Shown piece after piece: positions 19,640-30,049 of a stretch of DNA of 64,000 nt. The stretch is from Candidatus Lustribacter sp. (lineage in GTDB: Bacteria > Vulcanimicrobiota > Vulcanimicrobiia > Vulcanimicrobiales > Vulcanimicrobiaceae): contig OZ255842.1 in assembly GCA_965277805.1 (NCBI GenBank), forward strand, positions 3,136,001-3,200,000, given 5' to 3'. The notes below the pieces were generated by a model. It was not told the DNA's origin. It searched no databases and was given only the letters and a program-made list of their open reading frames with translations. A program made the translations under genes and the position numbers. The first letter of the stretch is position 1. Each line of letters opens with the position of its first letter.

Positions 19640-20484
19640 ACGATGCGCCCCGCGCCGGCATACACGTTGAAGCGCGGGCCGCGCACGAAGCCGGCCAGCG
19701 TAACGCCGAACTCGCGCGCCAGATCGACGGCCAGGCTGCTGGGCGCCGAGACCGCGCACACGACGGCAATGCCGGCTGAGATCGCCTTCTGCACGAGTTC
19801 GTAGCTCGCGCGGCCGCTGAGTAGCACCACGTGCGCGCCGAGCGGAAGCCTGCCGTTCATGAGGGCCCAGCCCACGATCTTGTCGAGCGCGTTGTGCCGG
19901 CCGACGTCCTCGCGCACGGCGATCACGTTGCCGCCCGCATCGAACAGCGCCGCGGCATGCAGTCCGCCCGTCGTCGCGAACACGCGCTGCGCTGCCGCGA
20001 GACGTTCGGGCAATGCGGCGATCAATTGCCGTTCGACCCGCAGTTCCGAGCGCACGGGCGCTAAGCCGCGATCGCGCAACGCGTCGATGTTGGCTTTACC
20101 GCAAACCCCGCACGCGCTCGTCATCGTGAAGTGGCGCTCGAGCGCGTCGAGCGGCGGCAGTTCGCTGCCGTGCAGGTCGACGTTGACGATGTTGTAGCGC
20201 TGTTCTTCAGCGACGTCGCGATCGACGCAATAGGTGATCCCACTCAACCGGTCGAGCGATGGCAGCACGCCCTCGTTGAACAGAAAGCCGGCGGCGAGTT
20301 CGAAGTCGGCGCCCGGCGTGCGCATCGTTATCGCGACGGTGCGGGTTTGGCCGCCGGCGCGCATCCGGATCTCGAGCGGTTCTTCCGTTGCGAGCCGATC
20401 GTAGCGCCGCGCGACGGCGTCGCCGTCGTAGCTGATGATCTCCGCCTCGACGGTGGTCCCCGGCCGGTTTTCGCCCGAAATCAT
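19636..20484 (-). CDS. fdhD: Formate dehydrogenase accessory sulfurtransferase
   Basis: EEPLEI, MRTPG, SACGVCG, TGGLHAAA, EDVGRHNALDK. Confidence 0.95.
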   Translation of the reverse strand: MISGENRPGTTVEAEIISYDGDAVARRYDRLATEEPLEIRMRAGGQTRTVAITMRTPGADFELAAGFLFNEGVLPSLDRLSGITYCVDRDVAEEQRYNIVNVDLHGSELPPLDALERHFTMTSACGVCGKANIDALRDRGLAPVRSELRVERQLIAALPERLAAAQRVFATTGGLHAAALFDAGGNVIAVREDVGRHNALDKIVGWALMNGRLPLGAHVVLLSGRASYELVQKAISAGIAVVCAVSAPSSLAVDLAREFGVTLAGFVRGPRFNVYAGAGRIV

Positions 20485-21461
20485 TCCGGCTGACGCGACG
20501 CCGCGCGCGGGTCGTCGGCCGAATTTTTGCCGCCTTCGATGAGCGTTTCGCGCAAGATGTAGCCGCCCGCGAGCGTGAGCGCGCTCGCCAACAACGCCTT
20601 CGTGCGGCCGCCGAACGGCAAGCGGCCGAGCAGCGCCGGCACGATGATGCCGCCGATCTCCGTGAAAGTACGCAGCTTGCGCCCGCGCTCGCCGCCGTAC
20701 ATCGGCGCGCCGGCCTCGCCGGCATGGCGGCGGAACGCTTCGAGCAAGATGAACTCCGCGGTCGATGCGATCAGCTCGAGCCGTTCGAGCTTGCGCCGCG
20801 TGCGCTCGCTACCGATCAGCGCGATGATCGCAGCGTTGAGGGCGCACGCGCCTGCAAAACCCGAGCACACGGAGAACGCGGGAATGAAGATCTTGCCTTT
20901 GCCCCACAGCGGAATCGCGGTAGCGCTGAGGAGCACACCCGTGTAACCGGTCATGAACGCGCCGATGATGCCTTGCAGCACTTTCATCACCGGGCGCGGC
21001 TCCAACGCATCGATCCATTTCGGCAAAATGCCGTCCTGCGAGAGCTGTGCCGCCGCCGCCAGCGTCGCGGGACCGCTGTAGGCGATCAGGCCCCAGACGC
21101 CCATCGACATCACCGACTTGAACTTCACGATGCGCAGCATGTGCAAGAAGCGTTCGGGACGTCCTAAGTGGCTGATCAGCACGAGCGGGCACGCCGCGGC
21201 GAGCGCAAAGGAAACGTAGCGGGCGCTGCGGGCCAGGTCGGCTTCGCGTTCGGGTCGCTCGTCCGCGATCATCACGAGGACGCCCGAGCCGCCCATGATG
21301 CCGCCGAGGAAAAGGTAGGTGATGACCGACCATTCCCAGTGCGGCTTTTTGAGCAGCGGCTGTTCGTAATAGGTCGGCGAAGCGTGCGCCGGCATTCCGT
21401 CGCCGCGCGAGGCGCCGCGATCCGAATCGTTCGGCTGCGGCGGAAGCTGCGCCGTGCTCAA
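20481..21461 (-). CDS. NrfD/PsrC-family membrane anchor subunit
   Basis: WEWSVITYLFLGG, LGRPERFLHMLR, SVMSMGVW, YTGVLLSATAIPLW. Confidence 0.9.
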   Translation of the reverse strand: MSTAQLPPQPNDSDRGASRGDGMPAHASPTYYEQPLLKKPHWEWSVITYLFLGGIMGGSGVLVMIADERPEREADLARSARYVSFALAAACPLVLISHLGRPERFLHMLRIVKFKSVMSMGVWGLIAYSGPATLAAAAQLSQDGILPKWIDALEPRPVMKVLQGIIGAFMTGYTGVLLSATAIPLWGKGKIFIPAFSVCSGFAGACALNAAIIALIGSERTRRKLERLELIASTAEFILLEAFRRHAGEAGAPMYGGERGRKLRTFTEIGGIIVPALLGRLPFGGRTKALLASALTLAGGYILRETLIEGGKNSADDPRAASRQPE

Positions 21462-22303
21462 TCGCCGCTCCGCAAAACGGCCCAGCCGGCGAACGCGAGC
21501 AGGGCTGCGGTTACCGCAGCGGCCGTATAACCCGCACGCTGACGCGTCGACGGCAACACCGGCCGTTCCGGCAAGTTATACGCCTCCGGCGCGTCGGTAA
21601 GCAAGAAGAACGCGTTGAGGTCGCCCACGGTGTTGTTGTCGTCAACGCCGTAGAGATAGGCCTGCACGCCGCGCGCTTGCAGCGTTTCGACGCGCTGTTT
21701 CGCCCGCGCGTGCAATTCCTCGACGTTGCCGAACTGGATCGATTCCGTCGGACAAGCCTTCGCGCACGCCGGGGTGAGGCCGATCTTCTGGCGATCGTAG
21801 CACAGCGTGCACTTACCGGCGATGCCGCCGTGGTGCTGCGTCGCGTCGTCGTGCGTGCGGCCGTCCGAGACGAAGCCGCGGTGCGCATCGTAATCGGCGT
21901 GCGCGATCAGGTCGACGACGCCGAACGGACATGACGGCACGCAGTATCCGCAGCCGTTGCAGACATCGGGCTGAATAAAGACGTCCTCGAACTCGTTGCG
22001 GATGATCGCGCCGGTCGGGCACGCTTCGAGACAGCCGGCGTTCGTGCAGTGCTTGCACACGTCGCTCATCATCAGCCACTTCGTGTCGGCCGCGGGCGCG
22101 TCGGGTGGTGCGGCTTGCTCAACGAATGCGACGTGACGCCAGGTCGTGCCGCCGAGTTCGCGCGTGTTGTCGTACGAGGTTCCCGAGAACTCGTAGCCGT
22201 CGGCCGGCAACTGGTTCCACTGCTTGCACGCAACCTCGCAGGCTTTACAGCCGATGCAGAGCGTCGTGTCGGTAAAGAAGCCGCTAGCCACGGTCACCGC
22301 CAT
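21458..22303 (-). CDS. Formate dehydrogenase iron-sulfur (beta) subunit, FdnH/FdoH-like
   Basis: Four Cys clusters (CIGCKACEVAC, CKHC...C...CP, CNGCGYCVPSCP, KCTLC...C...CP), C-terminal TM helix. Confidence 0.93.
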   Translation of the reverse strand: MAVTVASGFFTDTTLCIGCKACEVACKQWNQLPADGYEFSGTSYDNTRELGGTTWRHVAFVEQAAPPDAPAADTKWLMMSDVCKHCTNAGCLEACPTGAIIRNEFEDVFIQPDVCNGCGYCVPSCPFGVVDLIAHADYDAHRGFVSDGRTHDDATQHHGGIAGKCTLCYDRQKIGLTPACAKACPTESIQFGNVEELHARAKQRVETLQARGVQAYLYGVDDNNTVGDLNAFFLLTDAPEAYNLPERPVLPSTRQRAGYTAAAVTAALLAFAGWAVLRSGD

Positions 22304-25300
22304 GATCGATCCCGTGGGCGTGCGACTCGCCGGCCTTGGTGTGCTGCGCGGCGGGCACCGGTGCGTCGACTTCCGTCCCGCCGTACGCCGCGCGGCGCCC
22401 CGGCCGGATGGTGCACGTCAGCGTCTTGGCCTCGTGAATCGAAACGTTCGGGTCCATAGCCAGCGGAATGAGATCCCCCACGACGTCGCCGCTCGTGTAT
22501 CCGAGCGTGCCGTAATTATACGGTATGCCGATCTGATGTACGCGTTGTCCCCGGCCAAGCCGCAGCGGACGCATGCGCCCGCTGACCAGGGCGCGCGCTT
22601 CGATCTCACCGACGCGCGTCTTGATCGTCGCCCAGCCGCCGTTCTTGATGCCCTTCAACACCGCAAGCTCCGGATCGATCTCGACGAAGAGCGCCGGCTG
22701 CAGTTCGGCCAGCCACGGCACGTAACGCGTCATGATCCCCGAGTGCTCGGTCAACCGGTAGGTCGTGAGCACGTAGGGGAACTCCGGGTCCTGCAGAGGG
22801 TTGTAGCGGTTGTCGTTGCGATCGAATTCGCGCAGCGCCGGATTATTTTGCTGGCCGTAGACGTGGTTGCGCACGACGGACTCCAGCGGCTCGTAGTGCG
22901 CCGGCAACGGGCCGTCCTTCAGCGTTCCGGCCGCGAAGAGCTGTATGCGCCCGTCGGGCTGCATGATGAACGGATCGCTGCCGGCATGCGCGTCGATGCC
23001 GGTCGCGCCGGGTTTGCCCGGCGTGCGCGGGTCCTTCTTGAGCGGGAAGTCCGGGACGTCGGGACCAGCCCACTTCTTCGCCTCGTCGTCCCAGTACATG
23101 TACTTCTTGCGTTCGCTCCACGGTTTGCCGTCGGGGTCGGCCGAGGCGCGGTTGTAGAGCATGCGGCGATTGGCCGGCCACGCAAAGCCCCAGCCGAGCG
23201 ACGTCCAATCGTCTTTGACGCGATTGCGCGCGCAGTTTGTTTCTTTGTCGGGACAGACCCCGGAGAAGATCCACGCGCCGCACGCCGTCGAGCCGTCGTC
23301 TTTGAGGTCGGCGAAGCCCGTAACTTGCTCGCACTCATAGCCGCGTTTGCCGGGCTCGACTTTGTAGCCGTTGATCTCTTGCAGCACTTTGACGGCCGAA
23401 GGTTCGCCGCGTTTGCGCTCGTGTTCGTCCTCGTGCGGATACTCCCACGTGAGATCGCGAATCGGCCGGTCTTTCGGATCGGTCGAATTCGCGTACAGCG
23501 TCTTCAGCCGCATGCCGAGCTGATAGATCAAGAACAGATCGGACTTGGCGTCGCCGGCCGGCTCGACGGCCTTGTCGTGGAACTGCAGCATCCGATTGGT
23601 ATTGACCATCGTGCCGTCTTTTTCGAGAACGGTTGCGCACGGCAAGAAGAACGTCTCGGTGCCGATTTTCGCGGGATCGGCGCCCTCGCGCCGCCAGAAC
23701 GACGCGGTCTCCGTTTCGTATGAATCGATGACGACCATCCACTCCAAGCGTTCGAGGGCCGCGCGCGCGAGTTCGGCGTTCTGACCGGACGACGCCGGGT
23801 TCATGCCGATGACGAAGTAGCCTTTGACGTTGCCGTCCTTCATCGAGATCTGCGTCGGCAGCACCGAGTAGTCGCCCGAGATCTGCGGCAGATAGTCATA
23901 GCAGAAATCGTTCTCGGGCGTGGCCGCATCGCCGTAATACGCTTTGAGCAGCGACGTCATGTACTTCGGCGCGTTCGACCACCAGCCGGGTTTGGACGCA
24001 TTCTTGAGATACCCGGCGTACGTCTGTTCATCGCGCAGCGTCGAGGGCATCGGCAGATAGCCCGGCAGCAAGTCATAGAGCGTCGGGATGTCGGTTGCGC
24101 CTTGGATGTTCGCATGCCCGCGCAGCGCCATGATCCCGCCGCCCGGACGGCCCATGTTTCCGAGCAGCGTTTGCAGGATGCCCGCCGTGCGGATATACTG
24201 CACGCCGACCGTGTGCTGCGTCCAGCCGACGGCGTACGCAAAGGCGGTCGTGCGCTCGCGGCCGCTATTATCGGCGAGGATGTTTGCGATTTGCTCCATC
24301 GTTTCGGCCGGCATGCCGCACACGTCTTCGACCATCTGCGGCGTGTAGCGCGAGAAATGTTTGCGCAGCAGGTTGATCACGCAGCGCGGATGGGCGAGCG
24401 TTTCGTCGCGCTTGGGAATCTTGACCGTGCCCTCGCCGTCGAAACGCGGCACGTCTTCCATCTCGAACGTCCACGTCTCGGTGTCGTAGCTGCCGGGCGA
24501 GACCTTCGACTTGCCGTGCTCGGCGGCGCTGCCCTCGTTTCCCTGCGTTCCGTGACCGGCACCGGCGTCGCCCTGCGTTTCGCCGACCCAGCCGGAAAAC
24601 AGACCGTCGAGATCTTCCGTGTCTTGGAAATCTTCCCGCACGAGATACGACGCGTTGGTGAACGCCGTGACGTACTCTTTGAAGTAGCGCTCGTTGGTAA
24701 GCATCCAGTTGATCAGCGCGCCCAGGAACACGATGTCGGTGCCGCTGCGGATCGGCGCGTAGAGATCGGACACGGCCGACGTGCGCGTATAGCGCGGATC
24801 GACGTGGATGATCTTCGCGCCGCGTTCTTTCGCTTTCATGACGAAGCGGAACGCCACCGGATGGCATTCGGCAAAATTCGAACCTTCGATCAAAATGCAA
24901 TCGGCATTGACCAGATCCTGAACGAACGTCGTCGCGCCGCCGCGACCGAACGAGGCACCCAGACCGGGCACCGTCGCGCTATGTCAAATTCGCGCCTGGT
25001 TTTCGATCGAGACGACGCCGGCCGACTTGAAGAGCTTCTGCAGTAAGTAGTTCTCTTCGATCCCGAACGTCGCGCCGCCGAGCGATGCGATGCCGAGCGT
25101 ATGATTGCGGCGTTTGCCGTCGTCGCCGGCGCGCACGAACGTCTCGTCGCGCGCGGCCTTGAATTTTTCCGCGATCCGGTCGAGCGCCCAATCCAAGCTG
25201 ACGTCAACCCACTCGCTGCTATAGGGCGCGCGGTATTTCGGCGTCGTCCAGCGCTGGTCGTTGACCGTCAAGCCGAAGATCGCCGAGCCCTTGGGGCACA

Positions 25301-25565
25301 GATGTCCGCCGCTGACCGGACTATCGGGGTTGCCCTCGACATCGAGCAACTTGCCCTCATCGCTAACGTAGGCCAGCGTGCTGCAGCCGACCGCACAGTA
25401 CGGACAGAGGCTGACCACCGGCTTCGCGCCTTTGACCCGGCCCGCCAGCTCCTGTGTACGCTTGGACTTCACGCTCGGCGTGTTTCCGACGCGCTCGCCC
25501 AGGCGCAGGCCCGAAACGGCACGCGAGATGATCGACGTGAGGTCGATGGTGGGTTTGACGGCCAT
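22284..25565 (-). CDS. Formate dehydrogenase alpha subunit, FdnG/FdoG-like, selenocysteine-containing
   Basis: CPYCAVGC...LCPKG Fe-S motif; NQARI-TGA-HSATVPGLG with in-frame UGA at 24986-24984 joining two listed ORFs; ALRGHANIQG; TTYRLTEH. Confidence 0.95.
24950..24986 (-). promoter_or_regulatory. Sec UGA codon and bacterial SECIS hairpin
   Basis: TGA CAT AGC GCG ACG GTG CCC GGT CTG GGT GCC: stem GGUGCCC/GGGUGCC, loop GGUCU, GGU CUG at codons +7/+8 as in E. coli fdhF. Confidence 0.85.
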
Positions 25566-25711
25566 GATGTGCCTCCAACGAGTTTGCTTGGCGCTTGTAC
25601 CCCGCAAAAGGAGGTACCTGCACGAGAAAAACCGTAGACCGCGCGTTGCGCCGTCGTCCATCATGGACGCTGGCAATATCAAACAACGCTTACCTTCTGT
25701 GGAGTGCACTC

Positions 25712-26947
25712 ATGCCGACCGAACCGTCGGTTCACTCGCAGTCGACTTCACGGCCCAACGGCCGTGAGAGCGACGTAGCTTCTCCCTACAAGGGATTCGC
25801 TACTCGAGCGATCCGAATCGGACAAGATCCGGATAGCGCGACCGGGTCAACCATTGTCCCCATCTACCAAACCGCGACGTTCACGCAGCAAGCCGTGGGC
25901 GTACACAAGGGCTTCGATTACGCGCGCTCGGGAAACCCGACGCGGCTCGCACTCGAACGCCAGCTCGCCGATCTCGAGAGTGCCCGTTACGGCATCTCGT
26001 TCGGCTCGGGCATGGCGGCTGCGCACGCGGTCACTTCGCTGCTCTCCTCGGGCGATCACATCATCGCCACCAAGGACATCTACGGCGGCGTCCACCGGCT
26101 GCTGACCGTGATCATGCCGAAGTACGGCATCACGACCACGTTCGTCGACATGACCGACGCCGCAGCGGTGCGCGCCGCGGTCACGCCGGCGACGAAGCTG
26201 TTCTGGGTCGAGACGCCGACCAATCCGCTGTTGACCGTGATCGACATCGCCGCGATCTGTGCGATCCGCCAACCCGGCCAAATCGTCGCGGTCGATAACA
26301 CATTCTGCTCGCCGTACCTGCAGCGGCCGATCGAACTCGGCGCCGACATCACCTGGCACTCGACGACGAAGTACATCAACGGCCACAGCGACGTGGTCGG
26401 CGGGATCGTCATCACCGACAACGCCGATATCCACGCGCAGATCGCGTTTCACCAGAACGCGGTCGGCGCGATTCCCGGACCGCAGGATTCGTTCCTGACG
26501 CTCCGCGGCGCGAAGACGCTGGCGGTGCGGATGCGCGAGCACGTGAAGAACGCGCAGATCGTGGCCGAGTGGCTCGCCGGGCGCGACGACGTCTCCGACG
26601 TCTACTACCCGGGGTTGAAAACCCACCCGCAGTACGAACTTGCGCAGCGCCAAATGCACGGTTCGGGCGGCGTGCTCTCGTTCCGCGCACGCGGCGGCGC
26701 CGATCGTGCGCTCGCCATCGCGCGCAGTACGAAGATCTTCAACCTGGCGGCGTCGCTCGGCGGCGTTGAATCGCTGATCTGCATCCCGACCGTGATGACC
26801 CACGGCTCGATGCCGGTGCAAGAAAAGATCGCGCTCGGCGTGACGGACGATCTCCTACGCATCTCGGTCGGCATCGAAGACGTCGAGGATCTCATCGCCG
26901 ATCTCGAAGCCGCGCTCACGCGAAGCCAGGTGTTCTCGGTCGCTTAG
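25712..26947 (+). CDS. Cystathionine gamma-lyase/gamma-synthase family PLP enzyme
   Basis: YARSGNPTR, FGSGMAA, ETPTNP, DNTF, HSTTKYINGHSD, SLGGVESL. Confidence 0.93.
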   Translation: MPTEPSVHSQSTSRPNGRESDVASPYKGFATRAIRIGQDPDSATGSTIVPIYQTATFTQQAVGVHKGFDYARSGNPTRLALERQLADLESARYGISFGSGMAAAHAVTSLLSSGDHIIATKDIYGGVHRLLTVIMPKYGITTTFVDMTDAAAVRAAVTPATKLFWVETPTNPLLTVIDIAAICAIRQPGQIVAVDNTFCSPYLQRPIELGADITWHSTTKYINGHSDVVGGIVITDNADIHAQIAFHQNAVGAIPGPQDSFLTLRGAKTLAVRMREHVKNAQIVAEWLAGRDDVSDVYYPGLKTHPQYELAQRQMHGSGGVLSFRARGGADRALAIARSTKIFNLAASLGGVESLICIPTVMTHGSMPVQEKIALGVTDDLLRISVGIEDVEDLIADLEAALTRSQVFSVA

Positions 26948-27303
26948 AGGCGGTCGGTCCGGCGGCGCCTGAGTTGTGCTTGGAGCGCCGCATGCGTCCG
27001 GCATTGCAACAGCTCCACGTGACCGGTGGGCATCGTGGAATCGACGGCGATGCAGCCGCAGCTGAACACCGCGCTTTGGCGTTCGCGCGTAGCGCCGAGC
27101 GAAAACAGCATGGTCGCACCGTCGGTCCCGGCGGCGAGCGTCTCCGCAACCGAGCGGGCGTCGCCGCGACGGCGGTGGTATTTCCGCCGGTCGCCGGCGC
27201 GCGGATCAAGATCACCCAGCGCGAACTCGACAACGAGGGTACGGTCGCTGCGGCGATCTTCCACGCGACGGTTCAGCTGCTGTTTCACGGTGATGCCAAC
27301 CAT
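26944..27303 (-). CDS. Hypothetical protein, Arg-rich with CGC...C..H motif
   Basis: 119 aa ORF downstream of ppc. Confidence 0.5.
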   Translation of the reverse strand: MVGITVKQQLNRRVEDRRSDRTLVVEFALGDLDPRAGDRRKYHRRRGDARSVAETLAAGTDGATMLFSLGATRERQSAVFSCGCIAVDSTMPTGHVELLQCRTHAALQAQLRRRRTDRL

Positions 27304-27355
27304 TTGAAGAGCTTGTACCCGGGTCCCTTCGCATCGGACACGGCTTGGCTCAGGC

Positions 27356-30010
27356 TTAACCCGTAACGCGCAAACCGGCGGCTACGCCGTTGATCGAGAG
27401 GCGAATGGCGTTAGCGAGCGCCATGTCAGTCTTACCACCGGCGCGATACGCTCGCAGCAGGCGTACCTGCAAAAGCGAGAGCGGATCCACGTACGGATTG
27501 CGCAGGGCGATGCTGCGCTCCAGCGTGGGGTCGTCTTGCAGCAAGCGGGTATGGCCGTAGATGTCGAGCAGCGCCGCGACCGACGCGTCGTGCTCCTCGC
27601 GAATGCGCGTGACGAAGCGCGCGCGCGCCTTTTCGTCGTCGACGAGCTCGCGCGCGTAGCGCTCGAAGATCGCCAGGTCGGCGATCGCAAGCGCGCGTTC
27701 GACATTGCGCACCAGCGTACCGAAGAACGGAAAATCGCGCAGCATCGCGCGTAAGACATCGAGGTTCTCACGTTCCGCCGCGACCGCGCTGCCGAACCCA
27801 TACCAGCCCGGCAGGAGCGCGCGCGTTTGCGCCCAGCCGAACGACCACGGGATCGCGCGCAGATCCTCGATCGAACGCCGCTCGCCGCGCCGCGCCGGCC
27901 GCGAGCTGATTTGCATTTCGCCGATCTCATCGACCGGCGTTGCGGCCGCGAAGAAATCCAGAAAGCCGGGGCTTGCGATCAAGTCCACGTACGCGGTCTG
28001 CGCGCCGGCCGCCATCCGGTCGAGCAGTGCAAACCACTCCGGCGCGAAATTCGCCGGCGCACCGATGCCGCCGAGCACCGACGTCACCACGAGTTCGAGG
28101 TTGCGCCGCGCAAGCGACGGCAGCCCGTAGCGGTCGCTGATCACCTCGCCTTGCTCGGTGACTTTGAAACGGCCCTCACGCACTTGCGGCGGCTGCGCGG
28201 CGATCGCTTCCCGCGCATCGGCCACGCCGCGTCCGGGCGAGCCGCCGCGCCCGTGAAAGAAGCGCAGGGTGACGCCGTGCTTGCCCGCAACGTCGTGCAC
28301 CGCCAGTTGCGCGCGGTAGATCGACCACGAACTGAAGACGATCCCGGCCACCTTCGCGCTGTCGGAATATCCGAGCATGACTTCCCACAAATCGCCGCAC
28401 GCGCGGACGTTCGCGCGGAAGCCGGGGCTTGCCAGGAGTGCTTCGGCGATGTCCGGCCCGTTGGCAACCGACGTTGCGCTCTCGAGCAGCGGCACGACTT
28501 GCAGCGGCCCCGCGTCCAGCGCACCGCACGCGCGCGCCAGTACCAGCAGCGCGAGCAGTTCGAACGGCTCTTCCGAATTGGCCAGGATCATCGAGGCGAC
28601 CGTCTGCGGTCCGCGCCGCGCGCGCAGCGCGGCGACCGATTCGAGCGAGACGATGATGTCGGTGGCCTCGTCGGAAAATGCACGCGTGCGCGGCAGCAGG
28701 GGCCGCGCGGTCGCAAGTTCGCGTTCGATCCAGGCCGCGCGTTCGGCCGGGGGGCGCTGCGAGAGCGGCGGCTGCCCGGGTTCGATCGCGGCGACGATCT
28801 CGTCGAGCGTGCGCACGACCTTGCCGCTCTGCTGCCGCCACTCGAGCGCGCACAGGTGGAAGCCGAACATCGCGACCGCGCGGCGCAAACGCCGCAGCGG
28901 TCGCACGACGCTCGGTCCGCTGCTCGCGCTCACGCTCGCGTCGATCAACGACAGATCGGCGTCGAGCGCGCCGGCGTCCGGGTAGCCGCCGGGCGCATCG
29001 TCGCGCGCGAGCGTCAGCCGGCGGTGAATGAAGGCGAGCTTGCGCCGGTACGGCTCGGCTTCTTGCCGCGGACCGATCGTGTAGCGCACGTCGCTCAGCT
29101 CCTCGCCGTCGCGCTCGAGCGAGGCGATCAGTTCCGGCGCCACGGCCCCGCGCACGACGTCTTGCGAAAAACGCGCCTGCAGTTCTTCCACCGCGAAAAT
29201 CGTCCGCTCCAGCACGAACGCGCGCGCTCGCTCGTGCGCGCCCAAAATCGCATCGGGGGCGACGTTCGAGTTGCCGTCGCGATCCGAACCGATCCAGCTG
29301 CCGAAGCTCAAGAACGACGGCACCGCCGTGGCGAGCTGCGCTTCCAGGCGTTCGAAGAGCAGCGTCGCTTCATCGAAGATCGCTTCGCGAAAGCGCGCCA
29401 TCAAGTTGCGCACTTCGTCGGCGACCGTGGGCGGCGTCGCGTAGAGTTCTTTGCTCTGCCAGAGCAGCACGAGTTGCGCCTGCAGCTCGGTTTCGATGTC
29501 CGCCTCTTCCTCGCGGGTGAGGACGCGCTCGTCGCTCGCGCGCAGCAGCGCGGCGATCGCCGCGAGCTTCTCGCTCGTCGTGCGGCGGCGCACTTCGGTC
29601 GGGTGCGCGGTGTAGACCAAGCGAATCTCGAGCTTGTCCAGCAGCGTGGCGGCTGCGGCGGGAAGCGTTTCGAGCGATCCGCGTAACGGCGCTTCGCCGG
29701 CGATCGCGCGTTCGCGCCGCCGCCGTTCGCGATGCAATTCTTCCGCCAAGTTCACCATCTGGAAGTACAGGGTGAAGGCGCGGATCACGTCGACGGCATC
29801 GTCGATGCTCAGCGCATCGAGGATCGCGTCGATCTCGCCCTCAGCGACGCTGCCCGGCTCGCTGCGCGCCCGCCTGGTGAGCGCGCGCAGGCGCTCGACG
29901 TAGTCGAAGGTGCCCGGTCGCGCATACGCGACCAGCACGTCGCCGACGAGCCGTCCCAGAGCCGTAACGCGCGCTCGTAAGGGCGCGCTTGAATCGCGTT
30001 CGATGGGCAC
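27356..30010 (-). CDS. ppc: Phosphoenolpyruvate carboxylase
   Basis: TAHPTE, WIGSDRDGN, MLGYSDSAK, FHGRGG, TEQGE, LRAIPW. Confidence 0.96.
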   Translation of the reverse strand: MPIERDSSAPLRARVTALGRLVGDVLVAYARPGTFDYVERLRALTRRARSEPGSVAEGEIDAILDALSIDDAVDVIRAFTLYFQMVNLAEELHRERRRRERAIAGEAPLRGSLETLPAAAATLLDKLEIRLVYTAHPTEVRRRTTSEKLAAIAALLRASDERVLTREEEADIETELQAQLVLLWQSKELYATPPTVADEVRNLMARFREAIFDEATLLFERLEAQLATAVPSFLSFGSWIGSDRDGNSNVAPDAILGAHERARAFVLERTIFAVEELQARFSQDVVRGAVAPELIASLERDGEELSDVRYTIGPRQEAEPYRRKLAFIHRRLTLARDDAPGGYPDAGALDADLSLIDASVSASSGPSVVRPLRRLRRAVAMFGFHLCALEWRQQSGKVVRTLDEIVAAIEPGQPPLSQRPPAERAAWIERELATARPLLPRTRAFSDEATDIIVSLESVAALRARRGPQTVASMILANSEEPFELLALLVLARACGALDAGPLQVVPLLESATSVANGPDIAEALLASPGFRANVRACGDLWEVMLGYSDSAKVAGIVFSSWSIYRAQLAVHDVAGKHGVTLRFFHGRGGSPGRGVADAREAIAAQPPQVREGRFKVTEQGEVISDRYGLPSLARRNLELVVTSVLGGIGAPANFAPEWFALLDRMAAGAQTAYVDLIASPGFLDFFAAATPVDEIGEMQISSRPARRGERRSIEDLRAIPWSFGWAQTRALLPGWYGFGSAVAAERENLDVLRAMLRDFPFFGTLVRNVERALAIADLAIFERYARELVDDEKARARFVTRIREEHDASVAALLDIYGHTRLLQDDPTLERSIALRNPYVDPLSLLQVRLLRAYRAGGKTDMALANAIRLSINGVAAGLRVTG

Positions 30011-30049
30011 CGCTTCGTGCGTCGCTGCACCCCGCCTTTGGCCGAAGTG

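Noticed and set aside
22284-25709. fdh alpha as a pseudogene or two separate genes
   Set aside because: The stop is an in-frame UGA at the catalytic Sec position with a SECIS directly downstream
25566-25711. SAM riboswitch upstream of the transsulfuration gene
   Set aside because: Only a short palindrome (CGTCCA-TCA-TGGACG); no recognisable SAM-I/II/IV core
27827-29686. Long antisense ORFs (also 22224-23723, 42159-43838, 56740-58209, 61705-63111)
   Set aside because: Shadow frames of well-supported genes in high-GC DNA; Arg/Ala-rich, no motifs
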